A stretch of 64,000 nt of DNA, from positions 10,613-74,612 of the forward strand of contig MHGF01000022.1 in NCBI GenBank assembly GCA_001805445.1, read 5' to 3'. Position 1 is the stretch's first letter. Every line of letters starts with the position of its first letter. Origin of the DNA: Omnitrophica WOR_2 bacterium GWF2_43_52 (lineage in GTDB: Bacteria > Omnitrophota > Gorgyraeia > Gygaellales > UBA12090). Below are positions 61,141 to 64,000 of this stretch, one piece after another. Under the pieces are notes generated by a model. That model did not search any database. It saw nothing but the letters and a program-made list of their open reading frames with translations, and was not told the origin of the DNA. The position numbers and the translations under genes are program-made.

Positions 61141-61455
61141 TTATCTCCCCGACAAGCTCAACAGAATCGCCAAGTCCTCATCCGCACTCAATGAATGCGG
61201 CGCGTTTTTGGGCATAAAGATAAATACTCCCGGCTTCATTTTAATCTTCTTGCGCCTTAAAATAAAAGTTCCTGTTCCCTTTAAAACGGTTACCGCTGCC
61301 TCGCGGGTTGAGGTATGCTCGGACATATCACTGCCCTTAGCCATGCAAAAAAGCGTATGGTTTGAAATATTTGTCTTTACCAAAACCTTGCTGAAAATCC
61401 CCTCTCTGGGGAACTCCATCATTTTTTCCAAATCCTGAATTACAGATTTCACCAT
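61141..61455 (-). CDS. Cupin domain protein
   Basis: SEHT, VLKG.G, MP.NAPHSL. Confidence 0.85.
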   Translation of the reverse strand: MVKSVIQDLEKMMEFPREGIFSKVLVKTNISNHTLFCMAKGSDMSEHTSTREAAVTVLKGTGTFILRRKKIKMKPGVFIFMPKNAPHSLSADEDLAILLSLSGR

Positions 61456-61465
61456 CGGTAACCTC

Positions 61466-62260
61466 TCATTGTAAGAATGCGACTACCCTACTCCAGGCCG
61501 CACCTGTGCCTTTTATCTTTACCGGAAAACACTGAACTTTAAAGCCGCTATCGGGAAGCTTCTCTAAATTAGCAAGCCTCTCTATATGGATAAATTCTCT
61601 TTTCCTTCCGTAAAAATGCGATGGATATAAAGGCTTTTTCTCTTCTAAAAACTCCTTAAGCATAAATTTATACGGCCGGTCAATGCCCATGGTGTCCACG
61701 CCGAAGATTTTTATTTCTCTGTTCAGCAGATAATCTATCGCCGAGATATTCACTCCCGGATATTCAGAAAAATACTTAGGCCCGCCGTAAAGTTTATCCG
61801 CGCCCGTATGCAAAAGCACGATGTCTTGGGGCTTTAAGGTATATTTTATCTTCTTTAGGGCATCTTCTATATCCTGGGCAGTGATTGTTTCATTAGGTTT
61901 CTTATGGGTAAGCGTAAGCTTAACTCCGTCGCAATAACACCATTCCAGGGGAATTTCCTCGGCAGTCTTAGACGGCCTGCCCTCTGATTTTGAACCGTAA
62001 TGAAAAGAGTAATCTAAGTGGGTGCCGACATGCACCGGGGAATGTACCACTTCAAGAGAAAGAAATTCCTCATCCGGCACATCATCTTTCTTAAGGATAC
62101 GCTTACCCAAAAGATATTGAATCTTGCCCTTAAAGGTTTTTCCCATAATGACACGGTTGAATTTCTCCACCCCGTCCTTATGAGAAACCCTCTCAATCTC
62201 CACATGGTGGACCTCAAAGGCCTTCTCGTCTATCGGCAGACTCAAGTCAATTATTCTCAT
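61466..62260 (-). CDS. Cyclase family protein (kynurenine formamidase / polyketide cyclase fold)
   Basis: IIDLSLP, HVGTHLD, GVD, HIE.L.NL, SRVVA. Confidence 0.9.
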   Translation of the reverse strand: MRIIDLSLPIDEKAFEVHHVEIERVSHKDGVEKFNRVIMGKTFKGKIQYLLGKRILKKDDVPDEEFLSLEVVHSPVHVGTHLDYSFHYGSKSEGRPSKTAEEIPLEWCYCDGVKLTLTHKKPNETITAQDIEDALKKIKYTLKPQDIVLLHTGADKLYGGPKYFSEYPGVNISAIDYLLNREIKIFGVDTMGIDRPYKFMLKEFLEEKKPLYPSHFYGRKREFIHIERLANLEKLPDSGFKVQCFPVKIKGTGAAWSRVVAFLQ

Positions 62261-62281
62261 ATTAATCTTCTAAACCATCTA

Positions 62282-63009
62282 CGCACCGCGGGGGTGCGTT
62301 ATTGGTTATCATTCTAGTATTTGTTGTTTTATTGCCGCCAAATCTCTTTGATATCCAATCATATCATTGACAAACTTTTTATATTGGTCCACAGCTATGT
62401 TTATCACATTTTCATACCTACAAATACGATTAGTAACTTCCAAGATATATTCTTTATAAGAAGAATATATCCAAGACTCGGGAATATCTGTTAGATATGC
62501 CGTAACGGGGTTCAAATGAATGTATCTTGTAAGGTGGAGCAACTGTTCGTCCGTTTTAATCAAGACATTCTTAAATCGTCCTTCCCATAACGGCCCTTTT
62601 CGCTTATGTTTTATGTTAAAATATTTCGTGTAGCTATTAAAAATATTATTCATAAAAAGTGATATGCCATTATCTTTTAATTGCTTTAAAATAAAATGGG
62701 TATGGGTAGGCATAATACAATAAGATACGATATCTACCAGTTTATCTTGCTTATTCTTTAAACAATCACTCAGATACTCATCAATTGTATGTTTATTGGC
62801 ATCTTTCGTTCTAAGAAAGTCTGAAAGCCTTAAGGAATGTCCTTCACATTGATAATATCTAATTGCTACAATTATCCTTAAATATTCTGATTCATTATTA
62901 AATATCTTAAATCCCGCGATACTTTTATTAAAAACATGATAAAACTCTCCTATCGCTAATGGTTCTTTTCTATACATTGTAAACAAACCATACGCACCGC
63001 GGGGGTGCG
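62282..63009 (-). mobile_element. RAYT element bounded by two identical REP hairpins
   Basis: CGCACCGCGGGGGTGCG at 62282-62298 and 62993-63009, same orientation. Confidence 0.85.
62309..62986 (-). CDS. REP-associated Y1 (HUH) transposase
   Basis: YHV.N, YCIMPTHTH, LWEGRF, YIHLNPV. Confidence 0.9.
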   Translation of the reverse strand: MFTMYRKEPLAIGEFYHVFNKSIAGFKIFNNESEYLRIIVAIRYYQCEGHSLRLSDFLRTKDANKHTIDEYLSDCLKNKQDKLVDIVSYCIMPTHTHFILKQLKDNGISLFMNNIFNSYTKYFNIKHKRKGPLWEGRFKNVLIKTDEQLLHLTRYIHLNPVTAYLTDIPESWIYSSYKEYILEVTNRICRYENVINIAVDQYKKFVNDMIGYQRDLAAIKQQILE

Positions 63010-63017
63010 GAGAAAGG

Positions 63018-63266
63018 TTATACCCTCGCTGCCGCTACTAGCTTTGACTGTATCGTCTTTTCAATCTCATTTACCGAGCAAAATTTGGTTATTTCTTTAG
63101 GGCTGAGTTTCACCCCAAAAACCTTTTCCAGGACAATCACAAACTCCACCATCTCGGTAGAATCCACTCCGATTCCATCACAGAGCTTCATATCATCCCT
63201 CACTTCATTCGGTTTTAATTTTAGAAGATTTATCAGCGTTTCTCTTATCTTATCTTTCACTTCCAT
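63018..63266 (-). CDS. Acyl carrier protein
   Basis: GVDSTEMVE phosphopantetheine site; SD GGAGG before MEVKDK. Confidence 0.88.
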   Translation of the reverse strand: MEVKDKIRETLINLLKLKPNEVRDDMKLCDGIGVDSTEMVEFVIVLEKVFGVKLSPKEITKFCSVNEIEKTIQSKLVAAARV

Positions 63267-63286
63267 TTCTTCCTCCGCTTCATAAC

Positions 63287-63311
63287 GGGCAGGCACAAGG
63301 CCTGCCCCTAC
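63287..63311 (-). repeat. GTAG-family REP
   Basis: GTAG-GGGCAGGC-CTTGT-GCCTGCCC. Confidence 0.75.
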
Positions 63312-63323
63312 ATTGTCCATACT

Positions 63324-64000
63324 CTATATATGATGTTCCCCTTTCGTTGCCCCGGCTTCCCACTTTCCGACCCCTGCCATAACATCCTGGAAACAGAGTT
63401 TGGCGAGCATATCAAAGTTACTTTCCATGATCCTATTGATTCTCCCAGGCTTAGAAAAAAACTCCCGCATGCACCATGCCCCCAGCCTGCCCAATTCTTC
63501 TATTGAAAGATGATCCGTAGGCATAACCGGATGCAGGAAATCCCAATCGCGGAAATCTATCTTCGCCGGATTAATCCAATTTTTCTTCATGCCGATTCTC
63601 CACATCGGAGAATTCGGAGCCGGAGTCACATAGCCGATCCAAAGGATATCCGGATCAACCTCGTCGGTAAACTCGTATCTTTGCTTGATGATTTTCTCAT
63701 CGTCATAATCAAAACCCATCATAATATCCGCAACCACCGCGATATCATTGCGCCGTAAGATATCAATGGTCTTTTTGATCTGGTCAATGGTAATGCCTTT
63801 GGCAATTTTCTTTAATTCCTCGGGCGTAGTAACCTCAATGCCAAAGACCCCGATAAAAAGCCCGGCCTTTTTCATTAAAGGAAGGATGGATTCACAGTTA
63901 ACCCAGTCAACGGCCCTGCCTAAAGAAACCCATTTGATAGGGATATTTCTTTCTAACTTTAGCTCGCAGAATTCCTTTACCCGTTCGGGATTGACATTAA
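63324..64000 (-). CDS. C-terminal part of a B12-binding-type radical SAM enzyme (runs off the window)
   Basis: Frame open to the edge: NVNPERVKEFC...W...RAVD...MKKAG...FGIE...MMGF...TPAPNSPMW; CxxxCxxC not in the window. Confidence 0.75.
   Translation of the reverse strand, partial: NVNPERVKEFCELKLERNIPIKWVSLGRAVDWVNCESILPLMKKAGLFIGVFGIEVTTPEELKKIAKGITIDQIKKTIDILRRNDIAVVADIMMGFDYDDEKIIKQRYEFTDEVDPDILWIGYVTPAPNSPMWRIGMKKNWINPAKIDFRDWDFLHPVMPTDHLSIEELGRLGAWCMREFFSKPGRINRIMESNFDMLAKLCFQDVMAGVGKWEAGATKGEHHI

Overview
Bacterial chromosomal window, mostly minus-strand genes. The first ORF resembles the N-terminus of the giant proteins of Candidatus Omnitrophota, so the taxon is an inference. (1) 1-32.5 kb is a housekeeping backbone: ZIP, LpxL, CDF, M23, lnt, secA, frameshifted prfB, pilT-like, uvrC, murJ, rpsT, holA, lptE, bamD, a histidine kinase, comEC/comEA, leuS and nfo, plus an uncalled 26-aa bL37-like ORF. 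(2) 32.6-42.6 kb holds two accessory islands at the 3' ends of divergent tRNA-Ala(GGC) and tRNA-Leu(CAA): TcmP/radical SAM, HEPN proteins, an HTH-LAGLIDADG-like gene abutting tRNA-Ala, and three ORF6N genes with covarying internal palindromes and a shared ECF-type promoter. (3) An ECF sigma/anti-sigma locus, rlmN and an MFS transporter. (4) 47-64 kb is the downstream part of a radical SAM/ACP/polyketide-cyclase cluster coupled to a phosphorylase-MtnA-aldolase salvage route. It is interrupted by a RAYT-REP element, an MNT-HEPN TA pair, two 160-bp structured repeats, and a DUF3800 gene with a convergent promoter-driven ~90-nt structured ncRNA. Short palindromes and 7-10 bp repeat foldbacks occur throughout, including in frame inside essential genes. 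Best candidates for an uncharacterised system: the DUF3800+ncRNA cassette and the ORF6N palindrome/promoter module. All calls are by eye, with no database searches.
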